64,000 nucleotides of DNA, from contig JBHLRZ010000003.1 of assembly GCA_048882045.1 (NCBI GenBank), positions 64,001 to 128,000 of the forward strand, in the 5' to 3' direction. This DNA is from Candidatus Thorarchaeota archaeon. GTDB taxonomy: Archaea > Asgardarchaeota > Thorarchaeia > Thorarchaeales > Thorarchaeaceae. The notes under the pieces were generated by a model. It made no database searches and had not been told where the DNA came from. It saw only the letters and a list, made by a program, of their open reading frames with translations. Shown here one piece after another: positions 1-10,153 of this stretch (positions are counted from its first letter, which is position 1; every line of letters starts with the position of its first letter). The position numbers were made by a program, and so were the translations under genes.

Positions 1-224
1 TTTGACAGCTCGCTAAGAATTGCTGTGAGATTGTCTGATACATTCTTTCGATTTGCCTTACTTTTTATGTTATCAGCACCAGCAAGTTCAGTCCTCACAA
101 AGCTGATGACATCAGTGAGGTTCTTTGATGGAGGCACGTAGAGTGTGGTGAACGAACTGTGGCGTCCTTGGTAGGCCTTGAGCTGCTCAACTTTTCGCTT
201 GAGCTTGTGTCTCTCCACAGACAT
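1..224 (-). CDS. prf1: Peptide chain release factor aRF1/eRF1, N-terminal part (runs off window edge)
   Basis: Manual minus-strand translation, not in ORF track: MSVERHKLKRKVEQLKAYQGRHSSFTTLYVPPSKNLTDVISFVRTELAGADNIKSKANRKNV. Contains the class-1 release factor NIKS motif and LYVPP. An in-frame GTG at 233 is an alternative start. Confidence 0.9.
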   Translation of the reverse strand, partial: MSVERHKLKRKVEQLKAYQGRHSSFTTLYVPPSKNLTDVISFVRTELAGADNIKSKANRKNVSDNLTAILSELS

Positions 225-527
225 GTTCTTCACCTTCGATTCTTTGTGATTCACTGATTTCTTCAAAATCAGAGGCAGAGGGTTCCTGCCAGTTGGGTCA
301 CCTGAGTGAGCGTATTTTAACATTGTCGTCTGGTTATATATCGAGAGTTGCAATCTGGGACTTCTGGCGACAGATTAAAAAGGTGAACTCATTGTTGCAG
401 GTAATAGGATTGATTTGGATGGATTGCTGCCAATTTCCACATTGATACATTGGTTGTATCGAATCAGAGGGTATGCGGCATGTCTTTCCCAAGCGATTCC
501 GAATAGTCAAGGAGTTTTGAACATATA

Positions 528-2030
528 ATGAGCGAACAGTTGACAGAAGGAGAGAGAATCGTACTAGAAGAACTACTCAATCTGAATCAACGTGTCCCCA
601 CATCAGATCTCGCCAGTCACCTAAACCAAGGAGAGGAACGAGTGATCTCAATTCTCAACTCTCTTGCCAGTCGGGGACTGGTCGAGATTCACACAAAAGA
701 GAGAGTTACATATTCGCTAACTGATGAGGGTGCAGAATACGTGGATTCGGGACTTCCTGAGGTCCGACTCTTCACTGGAGTAAAGGAGCTCGGTGGGAAG
801 GCAACCTTCGATGATGCTGTCGCTAAGGCGGGGTTGGATCCCAAGGAGAAGGGATTCGCTATGAATTGGGCTAGGAAGACCGGATGGCTTCAAATTTCGA
901 AAGAAGAAGGAGTCACCGTCCTAAAGGCATTGGTACAGAATCCAGAGTCTGAAGTCACGGATGTGATCAATCAGATCTCTCAGGGTAGAGAAACCCTTCA
1001 GGATTCAGAATCTTTGAATCAGGCACTTGAGAGGAAGCTTGTCGTCGAGAAAGTGACCAAGTCCTATGAAACCGAAATCATAGGTGCAAAAACCAGTGAA
1101 ATTGAGAAGTTTCTATCAGCTGGAATCACTGGTATTGGCAACATCACACCAGAGATACTTACGAGTGGTGCGTGGAAGGACAAGTCGTTCAGACCATACA
1201 ATGTTGAAATTCAGCCCGTTTATAGCAACTATGGAAAGAAGCATCCATATGCTGAATTCAACGACTGGTTGAGAGAGATCATGATAGGTCTCGGTTTCGC
1301 GGAGTGGTTCGGTCCGTACGTTGAAACTGAGTTCTGGGGACACGACACATTATTCGTGCCTCAGGACCATGTTGCTCGAGAGGTTCAGGACCAGTTCAGA
1401 GTTGCTTCACCATACGACCACGGACAAATCGTGGATAGAAAGTACTACAAAGCTGTCAAGGCGGTACATGAAGACGGTGGGAACACAGGTTCAAAAGGTT
1501 GGGACTGGCCCTACAGCGAAGAAGTTGCCACACGACTTTGTTTGAGACCGCATACTACTCCGGTTTCAATGAGGTACCTCTATGAGCACCGAGAGAGTCC
1601 GCAAAAGATGTTCATTATTGATAGGAACTTCAGATCAGAAACCCTGAGTGCAACGCATGCACAAGAGTTCAATCAGTGTGAGGGTATTATCATGGACAAG
1701 GGATTGACTCTGCGAGATCTTCTAGGATATTTAACTTCAATTTGTAAAGGGGTTGGAATTGAGAAGCTCAAATTCAAACCAGGACAGTTCCCGTTCACCG
1801 AACCTAGTGTAGAAACCTTCGGAAAGCATGAGAAACTAGGATGGATTGAGCTTGGTGGCTCAGGCATTTTCAGACCGGAGGTCACACGTCCATTAGGTAT
1901 CACCGATACTGTGCTGGCATGGGGTCTTGGTTCAGGAAGATTGTACATGGCCGCTATGGGAATCAACGACATCAGAAACCTCTACTCAAGAGATCTGAAT
2001 TGGCTTAGGAGGAGCCACTTTGTGAGGTGA
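528..2030 (+). CDS. pheS: Phenylalanyl-tRNA synthetase alpha subunit (archaeal/eukaryotic type, N-terminal winged-helix extension)
   Basis: Motifs LRPHTT, FRSE..ATHAQEFNQCEG, FPFTEPS, WIELGGSGIFRPE; overlaps pheT. Confidence 0.97.
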   Translation: MSEQLTEGERIVLEELLNLNQRVPTSDLASHLNQGEERVISILNSLASRGLVEIHTKERVTYSLTDEGAEYVDSGLPEVRLFTGVKELGGKATFDDAVAKAGLDPKEKGFAMNWARKTGWLQISKEEGVTVLKALVQNPESEVTDVINQISQGRETLQDSESLNQALERKLVVEKVTKSYETEIIGAKTSEIEKFLSAGITGIGNITPEILTSGAWKDKSFRPYNVEIQPVYSNYGKKHPYAEFNDWLREIMIGLGFAEWFGPYVETEFWGHDTLFVPQDHVAREVQDQFRVASPYDHGQIVDRKYYKAVKAVHEDGGNTGSKGWDWPYSEEVATRLCLRPHTTPVSMRYLYEHRESPQKMFIIDRNFRSETLSATHAQEFNQCEGIIMDKGLTLRDLLGYLTSICKGVGIEKLKFKPGQFPFTEPSVETFGKHEKLGWIELGGSGIFRPEVTRPLGITDTVLAWGLGSGRLYMAAMGINDIRNLYSRDLNWLRRSHFVR

Positions 2031-3697
2031 TTACTATGATTGTAGAATGCAGAATAGATGATCTACTATCACTGATTGGGAAGAAACTCACCCTTGAGAA
2101 ATTAGAAGACACACTCTTTCTCATCAAGGCGGAAGTCGAGAAAGTCGATGGTAACATCATTGAGATTGAGGTAAATCCAGATCGACAGGACCAGCTTTCA
2201 ACGGAGGGAATAGCTCGATCAGTGAGGTCATTCCTCCAACTGGACACTGGGTTGAAGAAATATCCAGTGAAGAAATCTGGAAATCAAATCATCGTCAAGC
2301 CAGGTCTATCAAAGGTAAGACCGTTCATCTGTGGTTCAATCCTTAAGGGCGTGAAAGCAGATGACGATCTGATCAAAGAATACATGCACCTTCAGGACGC
2401 ACTTACCTCGACACATGGAAGAAACAGAAGCAAGGCAAGCATTGGACTCTATGTCTATGATGAGATTGAGTTCCCAATCATCTACGGACCGAAGAAACCG
2501 GAATCAATCCGTTTCAAACCTCTCGGGTATGAATATGAGATGGACGGACCAACCATCATGACTGATCATGAGAAGGGAGTAGAGTTTGGATATATCATCA
2601 AATCCCATAAGAAATGGCCACTATTATATGACTCCAATGATGAGGTACTCAGTCTACCTCCCATCATCAACAGCAATGACCTAGGGAGGATGACCACTGA
2701 TACAAAGAACCTCTTTGTTGAAGTCACTGGAACTCATCTTCCAACTGTTCATCAAGCATTGAACATCATCACAGCATCTTTAGCGGAGCGTGATGGCAGT
2801 ATAGAGTCGGTCACCGTTGTATACCCTGATGATACCAAAGATGAAACCCCCGATTTTTCACCTGAGAAGATGACGATATCGGTTGAAGAGATCAATAAAA
2901 TTACAGGACTGGACATGAGTGGTCCTAATATTGTAAAGGCGTTAGAGAGGATGGGATTTGGTGCAACAGCAAAGGCGAAGGTTGTGGATGTGCTTGTTCC
3001 TGCATACAGAATGGACATCCTTCATGCAGTGGACGTAATAGAGGACATAGCTATCGGATATGGATTCAACAATCTGACACCTGCGTTTCCCCAGACCATG
3101 ACTATGGGCAAACTGACCCCAGCTACTAGGTTGAAGAAGAAGGTTAGAGACCTCATGGTGGGACTGGGCTATCAAGAGATCATGAACTACATCATGACCT
3201 CACCAGAAATATTGAATGATAAAATGCTCCGAGACGAGTCCATCGTCACGACCGAGAATCCGAAGAGCCGCAACTATTCAGTTCTGAGAAACTCGCTCCT
3301 CCCTGTTCTTCTAGACTTTGCGTCGCAGAATCAGCATGCTGACTATCCGCAGAAGATCTTCGAGGTAGGAGACATCATAATTCCTTCAGAAGAAATGGAA
3401 ACAAGAATAAAACAGATTCCGTCTGTGAGCTGCTTGATGTCAGATGTTAAGGTGAACATTACAACAATGATGACTGAGATTGGGTTCCTACTAAGGAATC
3501 TTGGTCTGGATAAGAAGTTCAAGTTCATTTCAATAGACAATCCAGCGTTCATAGAAGGACGCGCTGCTCATATCTCAGTGAACAACATACAAGTCGGATA
3601 TCTAGGAGAAATTTCCCCTCAAGTTCTTACCAACTTCGGAATTGGGTATCCTGTGGTAGCATTTGAGATACATTTACCCAGAGGTCTTGAATGGTAG
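2027..3697 (+). CDS. pheT: Phenylalanyl-tRNA synthetase beta subunit
   Basis: NPDRQDQLSTEGIAR, SLPPIINS, RMDILHAVDVIEDIAIGYG, LRNSLLP; coupled to pheS. Confidence 0.97.
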   Translation: MITMIVECRIDDLLSLIGKKLTLEKLEDTLFLIKAEVEKVDGNIIEIEVNPDRQDQLSTEGIARSVRSFLQLDTGLKKYPVKKSGNQIIVKPGLSKVRPFICGSILKGVKADDDLIKEYMHLQDALTSTHGRNRSKASIGLYVYDEIEFPIIYGPKKPESIRFKPLGYEYEMDGPTIMTDHEKGVEFGYIIKSHKKWPLLYDSNDEVLSLPPIINSNDLGRMTTDTKNLFVEVTGTHLPTVHQALNIITASLAERDGSIESVTVVYPDDTKDETPDFSPEKMTISVEEINKITGLDMSGPNIVKALERMGFGATAKAKVVDVLVPAYRMDILHAVDVIEDIAIGYGFNNLTPAFPQTMTMGKLTPATRLKKKVRDLMVGLGYQEIMNYIMTSPEILNDKMLRDESIVTTENPKSRNYSVLRNSLLPVLLDFASQNQHADYPQKIFEVGDIIIPSEEMETRIKQIPSVSCLMSDVKVNITTMMTEIGFLLRNLGLDKKFKFISIDNPAFIEGRAAHISVNNIQVGYLGEISPQVLTNFGIGYPVVAFEIHLPRGLEW

Positions 3698-3769
3698 TAC
3701 AATCCGCAGAAAAGATATAAGATAAAGTCCAGGAGCATTCAGAGAAGGTTCCACTCGGGGTGCTCTCAA

Positions 3770-4366
3770 GTGACTGAAAGAAACGAAACTGCAGATACCT
3801 CAACAGACGATGGATTTGAGGGATACAAGTTTCGCATAGTTTTGCTTGGGGAAGCAGCCGTAGGAAAGACATCTTTGTTACGTCGGTACACTGAGAACCT
3901 CTTCGACGAGGAGTATAAACAGACCATTGGCACAACATTTGCCACCAAAGACGTAGATGTTAAAGATTCAGAAGGAGAGGTCCGCCGAGTCAGGCTAAAT
4001 GTATGGGACATGGGCGGACAGTCCACATACCGAGAATTGAGACGTCAGTTCATGAAAGGGGCGTCTGCAGCAATCATCGTATATGATGTTACTCGCCCAG
4101 AAACCTTCATGGCAATGAACAACTGGTTTGAGTCATTCAAAGAGGTGTGCCCTGATTCACCTGTTCTGATCAGCGCAAATAAAATCGACCTCACAGACCA
4201 GCGAATGGTGCCTCAAGAACCAGGGAGAATGTTGAGAGACTGGTTCCAGGCAGAGTATTTCGAAACTTCAGCAAAGACTGGTGATGAAGTTACCAATGTA
4301 TTTTCACGTACGGCCGCGGTCGTACTAGACAAAGCACTGTCAGAGAGCAAAAGCCCTCTGATGTGA
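3770..4366 (+). CDS. Rab-like small GTPase (Ras superfamily)
   Basis: G1 GEAAVGKTS, G2 TIG, G3 WDMGGQ, G4 NKID, G5 ETSAK; no C-terminal Cys. Confidence 0.93.
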   Translation: MTERNETADTSTDDGFEGYKFRIVLLGEAAVGKTSLLRRYTENLFDEEYKQTIGTTFATKDVDVKDSEGEVRRVRLNVWDMGGQSTYRELRRQFMKGASAAIIVYDVTRPETFMAMNNWFESFKEVCPDSPVLISANKIDLTDQRMVPQEPGRMLRDWFQAEYFETSAKTGDEVTNVFSRTAAVVLDKALSESKSPLM

Positions 4367-4379
4367 ATTACTTAACAAG

Positions 4380-4802
4380 GTGAGCATAGGTTTGAAAGTA
4401 CGAGACTTCATGACTGCTTTAATTATCACTGCAGAGGCTGATACTTCCGTAAAGGAAGCAGCTAGACTCATGGCTGCGGAGGACGTTGGAAGTCTTCTCG
4501 TCACCAAGGGAGATGTACTAGTGGGAATGGTCACTCGCCGCGAAATGATAGGTGCACATTTACTTTCTGAAGAGTCATATCAATCTCTTACTGTTGAGGA
4601 CATAATGACCACTCCTGTGATTACAATAGGTCCGGAAGCAGACCTAGGACAGACAATTACCTTGATGAATCAAACCGGAAGCAGACGAATCCCTGTCATC
4701 GAAGGTACTGATATCATTGGTCTAGTATGTTCTAGCGATGTAATTAGAGTTTTAGCAACTATGAAAATGATAGCTGACGGAGGACCACTAACAGAGGATT
4801 AA
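4380..4802 (+). CDS. Stand-alone CBS-domain pair protein
   Basis: Two CBS repeats (VRDFMT..., VEDIMTTPVITIGP..., IPVIE...IIGLV). Confidence 0.9.
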   Translation: MSIGLKVRDFMTALIITAEADTSVKEAARLMAAEDVGSLLVTKGDVLVGMVTRREMIGAHLLSEESYQSLTVEDIMTTPVITIGPEADLGQTITLMNQTGSRRIPVIEGTDIIGLVCSSDVIRVLATMKMIADGGPLTED

Positions 4803-5578
4803 GCCGGTTTATACTTTGGAATTTCAGCCTTGATTTCTTTCTTCAGTTTCAAGATGTCTCGAGCTTGAAGCTCTTTCCGTTTCTCATATCCACCGACGAC
4901 ACCCAACCACTTATCGATGTGAACCATGATTGGATCACTTGGGACTATCTTCATTATTGACTCCTTCGCCTCTCCCATTGTTTCCATGACATCCCCAGCC
5001 TTGCATCCCATCTTCAATGATTTTACAATTGAGTTTAGTTGACTAGCAATCGCCATAGCTCTGTCAGCAGGCAACGAAGCAGCCATAGCTGCTGCAGCTG
5101 GTTCTGGCGTTGGTGCTGGTGCTGGTGCGGGTGTTGGTTCTGGTGTTGGCGCTGCCGTTGGTGCTGGTGCCTCAGCTTTTGCAAGTTTTGGTTCGGGGAC
5201 TGGTTTAGGTGCAGGGGGAGGAGCAGCAGCTGGAGCTGTTGTGGATATGTTAGCGATGGCTTTTGTTATTTCATCGCGATGATTTGCAATGAGCTGCATC
5301 ATCTCATTCCTAAGGTTTTCGATTGACTCTTGAACGAACACACGAATGGCTCCAACCTCTTGAACGACCATTGATGCTAGTGCTTCAGAGTTATCAGCTG
5401 CAGGAGCAGCCGCGGGTTGGTTTGCAAGGGCTGCGATAACCTCTTCTTTGGACACTCTAACCTCAGACTTGATCTCAGTTACTGTTCCAAGTATGGTGAT
5501 CATTCGCTTGAGGGTTTCACCCAGTTGGTTGATACTCTCCTCAATCTTGGTTAGTTTACTCAGGAATTGTTCTGCCAT
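4799..5578 (-). CDS. Coiled-coil / Pro-Ala-rich linker / putative Vps28 C-terminal-like helical domain protein
   Basis: N-terminal heptad-like helices, PAPAPTPEP linker, and C-terminal ~88 aa with LKM..AGD..E...SI..D....KWLGVVGGYEKRKEL, resembling the Vps28 C-terminal domain as I recall it. Confidence 0.55.
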   Translation of the reverse strand: MAEQFLSKLTKIEESINQLGETLKRMITILGTVTEIKSEVRVSKEEVIAALANQPAAAPAADNSEALASMVVQEVGAIRVFVQESIENLRNEMMQLIANHRDEITKAIANISTTAPAAAPPPAPKPVPEPKLAKAEAPAPTAAPTPEPTPAPAPAPTPEPAAAAMAASLPADRAMAIASQLNSIVKSLKMGCKAGDVMETMGEAKESIMKIVPSDPIMVHIDKWLGVVGGYEKRKELQARDILKLKKEIKAEIPKYKPA

Positions 5579-5763
5579 GGTCCATCACCTGGTCTGAATT
5601 TCACGCGAATATGGAAAATGTAGGGTATAAGGGTTATTTGTCCAGACCCACCTTCGATATTTCAGAGTAGAAGAAATTTGCCTTGTGCGGATGATATCGT
5701 CACTTATTTTATATTTAGAGAGTTCGGCAGAATACTTGGTAGTGAAACTTAGGACGTCCAACA

Positions 5764-6366
5764 ATGGCTGTACCACATGATGTATCGCACATGTTCAAAC
5801 TTGTGGCTCTTGGAGACGGAGCTGTAGGAAAGACAAGTTGCATTAAGAGATACACAGAGGACAGTTTTAGTGAACGCTACATAGCTACCATAGGAACTAC
5901 TTTTGCACTGAAGACACTGGACGTTGTCCTGCCCAGTGGGAGCACTGTAAAAGCCCGCGTTGTGCTTTGGGATCTTGCAGGTCAACCGACCTATAATGAA
6001 CTTAGGCGCAGGTATATGGCGGGAGCATCTATGGCAATCATAGTCTATGATGTGACCAGACCACAGACGTTCTTGGACATTGGCGAGTGGTACACTAAAT
6101 TCATAACTGTCTGTCCAAATGCTGTCGTTGCAGTGGTGGCAAACAAAATAGATCGTGAGGATCGATTAGTACCACCAGAAGCAGCCAAGATGGTAACGGA
6201 ATGGTTGGATGTGATTCACTGGGAAACATCAGCCAAGACCGGGGAGAACGTGACACCTCTGTTTACAGACCTAGTCACAAAGGCGATATTGAAGCAACAA
6301 GAATTTGGTCCCCTCGACCAAACATCGGGAACACAACCTCCAAAACCATTCAAACTTGGTGTATAG
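5764..6366 (+). CDS. Rab-like small GTPase (second paralogue)
   Basis: GDGAVGKTS, TIGTTF, WDLAGQ, NKID, ETSAK. Confidence 0.93.
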   Translation: MAVPHDVSHMFKLVALGDGAVGKTSCIKRYTEDSFSERYIATIGTTFALKTLDVVLPSGSTVKARVVLWDLAGQPTYNELRRRYMAGASMAIIVYDVTRPQTFLDIGEWYTKFITVCPNAVVAVVANKIDREDRLVPPEAAKMVTEWLDVIHWETSAKTGENVTPLFTDLVTKAILKQQEFGPLDQTSGTQPPKPFKLGV

Positions 6367-6389
6367 CAGAACCACAGGAACGGAATCGA

Positions 6390-6929
6390 ATGGTATCAAG
6401 CTGGAGTTATGTGAAGGGACTGATTGGACATGGGATTCTTTTCTTTGTAAACTTCTCAGTACTTGTGGGAATCATAGAGAGCCTTCAGCTTTTTACTAAT
6501 CCCGATCTACCGTTTCTGAACGTATTGCTACTGGGATATATGGTAATTCATACCTTCGTCTTTCTGAGTATTCAACTTGGAGTTCAAATACTGGAAGTGA
6601 TCAAACTTCGTTTTCCGACCTTCTTACCTCTCTATTATTTCCAAGTTAGTGACCAAGAAACAATACCTGTTCCACTCTTTGACCCGACAGAAAGTCGTTT
6701 GGCTGTTATCATACTTCTATTGGTAATTTCGGGAGGTCCAATCCTCTATCCAATCTTCTTGATATATGGAGGTCTCTTAGTCTGGGGACATTTGACAATA
6801 ATCGCCCTGGATCCTTCCACAATCCTAAGATACTTCCAGATATTTCTGAATTACGTACCCCCACTCATGATACTCATAGCAGGACTCATCATTCTATCTA
6901 TCATGATGATTGAGCGGAGACACGCTTAG
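6390..6929 (+). CDS. Hypothetical multi-pass membrane protein
   Basis: About 4-5 hydrophobic segments. ATG at 6390 chosen over the track start at 6201, which overlaps the GTPase gene. Confidence 0.75.
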   Translation: MVSSWSYVKGLIGHGILFFVNFSVLVGIIESLQLFTNPDLPFLNVLLLGYMVIHTFVFLSIQLGVQILEVIKLRFPTFLPLYYFQVSDQETIPVPLFDPTESRLAVIILLLVISGGPILYPIFLIYGGLLVWGHLTIIALDPSTILRYFQIFLNYVPPLMILIAGLIILSIMMIERRHA

Positions 6930-7000
6930 TCCCAATACAATGGGCGTAGTAATCATGCAGGGATTTAAATCACCCATCTTCATTAGAACCTCGATAGACT

Positions 7001-8350
7001 TTGAAGAAGCTAGACGTTATTGTTGTCGGAGCAGGCTCAGCTGGTTGTGTAACTGCAAGAAGGTGTACAGAGCTTGGTCTGAAGACACTTCTAGTGGATA
7101 GAAAAAGAAAGGAACTGGTGGGAAAGAAAGTCTGTGGAGATGAAGTAAGCAAGATTCATTTCGACGATACAGGTATTGAATATCCAATGGGAGATGAGAT
7201 CTCCACCGTGATTCAGGGGGCGGATGTGTATCCTCCAAATATGCGTAATGAACTGAAAGTGAGAGGATGGGCAGAGTTTGATGGTTGGACCGTGGACAGA
7301 CTCAGTTTTGGTCAACGATTGCTACAAGAAGCAATCGATGCAGGAGTGCATTTTCAACCTGAAACTCATGTAGGAGGACCAACAGTCAGAGGAGACCAAG
7401 TTACAGGGATAGAGGTCAAGGACAAAGATGGAGAAGAGAAGGTCTATTATGGCAGCGTCGTCGTTGATGCAAGTGGATTTGCAGCAACCATTCGGAACAA
7501 GATCGATAGCGAGCTTATAGAGAACAATATTGACAAGGGAGACATCGCACTATGCTATCGAGAGATACTGAAATTGAAGATGCCCCTTGCGGAGCCGGAG
7601 GTTGCACGGGTGTTTCTCGGAGGAAATGTAGCACCCCAGGGATATGCGTGGATCTTCCCAAAGGGAGTACAGGAAATCAATGCAGGTGTAGGAATAACTG
7701 GCGGAAAAGGCAAAGGGTCTCCAAAGTCACACTTTGAGAAGTTCAAGAAGACCTACCCTCTCCTGTTTAAGAGTTCAGTAATTGATGGGCAAGGTGGAGC
7801 TGTGCCTGTTAGGAGACCTCTCAAGAGTCTTGTTGGAAATGGAGTTGCTTTTGTTGGTGATGCAGCACTTCAGGTGAACCCGATTCATGGAGGAGGTATA
7901 GGGGCTGGAATGCGAGCAGGCATCATACTTGGAGAGGTTATCAAAGGTGCTATTGCACGCAGAAATTTAGAAGCCACTGGGCTTTGGCCTTACAACACAC
8001 GGTATCTCTCAAGCTTTGGGAGTAGATTGGCGTCTCTAGAGATATTCCGTCGTCTACTCCAATCGGTTTCTGATGATGATATGAATTACGGTTTTGAGAG
8101 ACGACTTCTTGAGGCTGAGGACCTCATGGCTGCAAATCGTGGTGATGGAATATCACTGAGTACAATGGAAAAGATGAAACGGATTCGACGTGGAGCAGGG
8201 AGGATATCATTACTTCTCAAGCTTCAGAAGGCCTCAGGTCTTATGAAGAAGATCAGCAAGCTCTATCATGACTATCCTAGAGATCCGAGTGAGCTTGATG
8301 TGTGGGAAAAATCAGTACTAAACATAATCATGTCTGCTAACTTTGAATAA
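7001..8350 (+). CDS. Geranylgeranyl reductase family protein (digeranylgeranylglycerophospholipid reductase-like)
   Basis: GAGSAG FAD motif, KVCGD, GYAWIFPKG, GDAA..VNPIHGGGI. Confidence 0.88.
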   Translation: MKKLDVIVVGAGSAGCVTARRCTELGLKTLLVDRKRKELVGKKVCGDEVSKIHFDDTGIEYPMGDEISTVIQGADVYPPNMRNELKVRGWAEFDGWTVDRLSFGQRLLQEAIDAGVHFQPETHVGGPTVRGDQVTGIEVKDKDGEEKVYYGSVVVDASGFAATIRNKIDSELIENNIDKGDIALCYREILKLKMPLAEPEVARVFLGGNVAPQGYAWIFPKGVQEINAGVGITGGKGKGSPKSHFEKFKKTYPLLFKSSVIDGQGGAVPVRRPLKSLVGNGVAFVGDAALQVNPIHGGGIGAGMRAGIILGEVIKGAIARRNLEATGLWPYNTRYLSSFGSRLASLEIFRRLLQSVSDDDMNYGFERRLLEAEDLMAANRGDGISLSTMEKMKRIRRGAGRISLLLKLQKASGLMKKISKLYHDYPRDPSELDVWEKSVLNIIMSANFE

Positions 8351-8354
8351 TAGA

Positions 8355-8379
8355 GAAGATGGCCAATCAGACCATCTTC
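8355..8379 (-). terminator. Hairpin between convergent GGR and radA genes
   Basis: GAAGATGG...CCATCTTC inverted repeat, extending with G-U pairs on the minus strand and followed by TCTATTATT. Confidence 0.5.
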
Positions 8380-8391
8380 AGTATCACTCAT

Positions 8392-9444
8392 CTATGCAAC
8401 GTCACGTATACCTTCCTTCAAGACAGTGAAGACTGCTTCACCTTCGGGGAGGTTAGGTGAGTCGACAAGACGACAGATTCGTCGTTCTCCCTTTGACTTT
8501 CGCAGATAGCATCGAGTCTGAGGTACGTGTGCCAAGACATGTCCACCAACTGGAGCCGTTGGATCTCCGAAGAATGCGTCGGGTCTAGACATTACCTGGT
8601 TTGTGATGTACACAGCTAGATTGTTTATCTCAGCACCTCTCTGCAGATGGTGAAGATGCTTGTTGAGCTTCTGCTGTCTGGCAGCTAGAGTACCTCTGCC
8701 AGTATACTCTGCCCTAAAGTGACTCGTTACTGAGTCCACGATGAGAAGCTTGGCATTGGCTTCAGTAGCCATCTCCATTGCTTGATCACACAGAAGGATT
8801 TGGTGATCGGAGTTGTATGCACGTGCCCAGACTACATTCTTTAGGACCTTGGATGTGTCCATACCAAGTGCTTCAGCCATGTCCACTAGACGTTCGGGTC
8901 TAAATGTTCCTTCGGTATCAACATAGATAGCGGTTGCATTCAAGCCACCCTCCTCAGGTGGTCTTTGTACATTGACAGCTAGTTGATGAGCCATCTGAGT
9001 CTTTCCAGACCTGAATGACCCGTACATCTCAGTAATGCTCTGAGTTTCGAGTCCACCACCGAACATCTCGTCTAGTGCCTTTGATCCTGTAGAGATCCGA
9101 CCGGCTGTCTTTCGTCGTTCGAGAAGAATGTCAGCGGTTTCGAAACCAATTTCCAACATTTCACGAGCAGCCTTGATGATTTTCGTGGCGGTGGTTTCAC
9201 CAATAGAACCTGCAGCGGCAAGCTCACCAGGTGTTGCAACAGCGATTGCCTCTACACTCTTGTAACCATTCTCAGCCAGCCGTTTTCCAATTGCTGGTCC
9301 GACGCCTGGAAGATCAGTGACCTCTAGTCCTGAGATTCCTTCATCGCCACTATAATCGTCTAAGGATGCTGATTCTTCCGAATCCCCTTCGAAATCTTCG
9401 TAATCCAATTCCTCGTCTGCTTCATCTGCTTTTTTCTTTGACAT
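8392..9444 (-). CDS. radA: DNA repair and recombination protein RadA (acidic N-terminal extension)
   Basis: HhH N-domain LPGVG, GFETA polymerisation motif, Walker [27 protein letters not shown]. Confidence 0.97.
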   Translation of the reverse strand: MSKKKADEADEELDYEDFEGDSEESASLDDYSGDEGISGLEVTDLPGVGPAIGKRLAENGYKSVEAIAVATPGELAAAGSIGETTATKIIKAAREMLEIGFETADILLERRKTAGRISTGSKALDEMFGGGLETQSITEMYGSFRSGKTQMAHQLAVNVQRPPEEGGLNATAIYVDTEGTFRPERLVDMAEALGMDTSKVLKNVVWARAYNSDHQILLCDQAMEMATEANAKLLIVDSVTSHFRAEYTGRGTLAARQQKLNKHLHHLQRGAEINNLAVYITNQVMSRPDAFFGDPTAPVGGHVLAHVPQTRCYLRKSKGERRICRLVDSPNLPEGEAVFTVLKEGIRDVA

Positions 9445-9592
9445 CCAGAAGACCTCCCAATATCACTCAATCCTGCGATCACATGGATTGAGTGTGGATG
9501 TAGACATCATAGAATCGATTGACTCAGTATAAAAATGGCACTAGTGAACAAACCGAGTGATGTGGATATATCGTGCGAGAACGAGTCTTCAG

Positions 9593-9901
9593 CTAGCTTC
9601 GTGTCAGAGTTACTAGAATGAACTCTTCTTGGGGTGCAATTCGGATGCCGCCCATGTTTGTCTGAATCTGAATGAAGGCTAGTTCGCCGCCTTCCTTTAC
9701 GCCCTTGACGATTTCCCAAGTCTTACCAATCAAAGCGCTGAGAAGAGCAGAGATCTCTTCGGCTCGTTCCAGGGTGACTCCCCAAGTATTGATTGGAAAC
9801 CCTTCTGGACTGATGAAGAGAGCGGCATAAACATCAGGAAACTTGCTGGTAATATTCTGAATGATTCGCTCGAAAATCTCACGCTTTGGCATCGCTGTCA
9901 T
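9593..9901 (-). CDS. Roadblock/LC7 domain protein
   Basis: ~100 aa; ALFISPEGFPI...ISALLSAL...IQIQTNMGGIRIAP..EFILVTLT pattern. Confidence 0.8.
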   Translation of the reverse strand: MTAMPKREIFERIIQNITSKFPDVYAALFISPEGFPINTWGVTLERAEEISALLSALIGKTWEIVKGVKEGGELAFIQIQTNMGGIRIAPQEEFILVTLTRS

Positions 9902-10153
9902 GTGTTTAGTACACTCCGTAGCAGTTTCGCGGTGTTCTAGTATCTCAAAGATGTTAAATGGACAAAGAAAAAGCTTGTTGTCATAAACTTGAATCTTTCC
10001 TCAAGTGGTCGGATGTACTGGAGAGGATACAATTGGATGATGCGCTCACGTTTCAACTTGTCTTCGTGGTTCTTTTTTGATGTTTCATATTATTCTGAGG
10101 ATTTCCGTCCTGGGGTTAGAAGAAACACTGAATAAAGTGTGTAGAAGCTCTGA

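Noticed and set aside
5039-5326. Cys/Trp-rich ORF (WCWCWCGCW) resembling a RiPP precursor
   Set aside because: Antisense read of the CCA/GCA repeat encoding the Pro-Ala linker.
6201-6389. Apparent long overlap between the second GTPase and the membrane protein ORF
   Set aside because: An ATG at 6390 gives a non-overlapping gene; the upstream extension is not protein-like.
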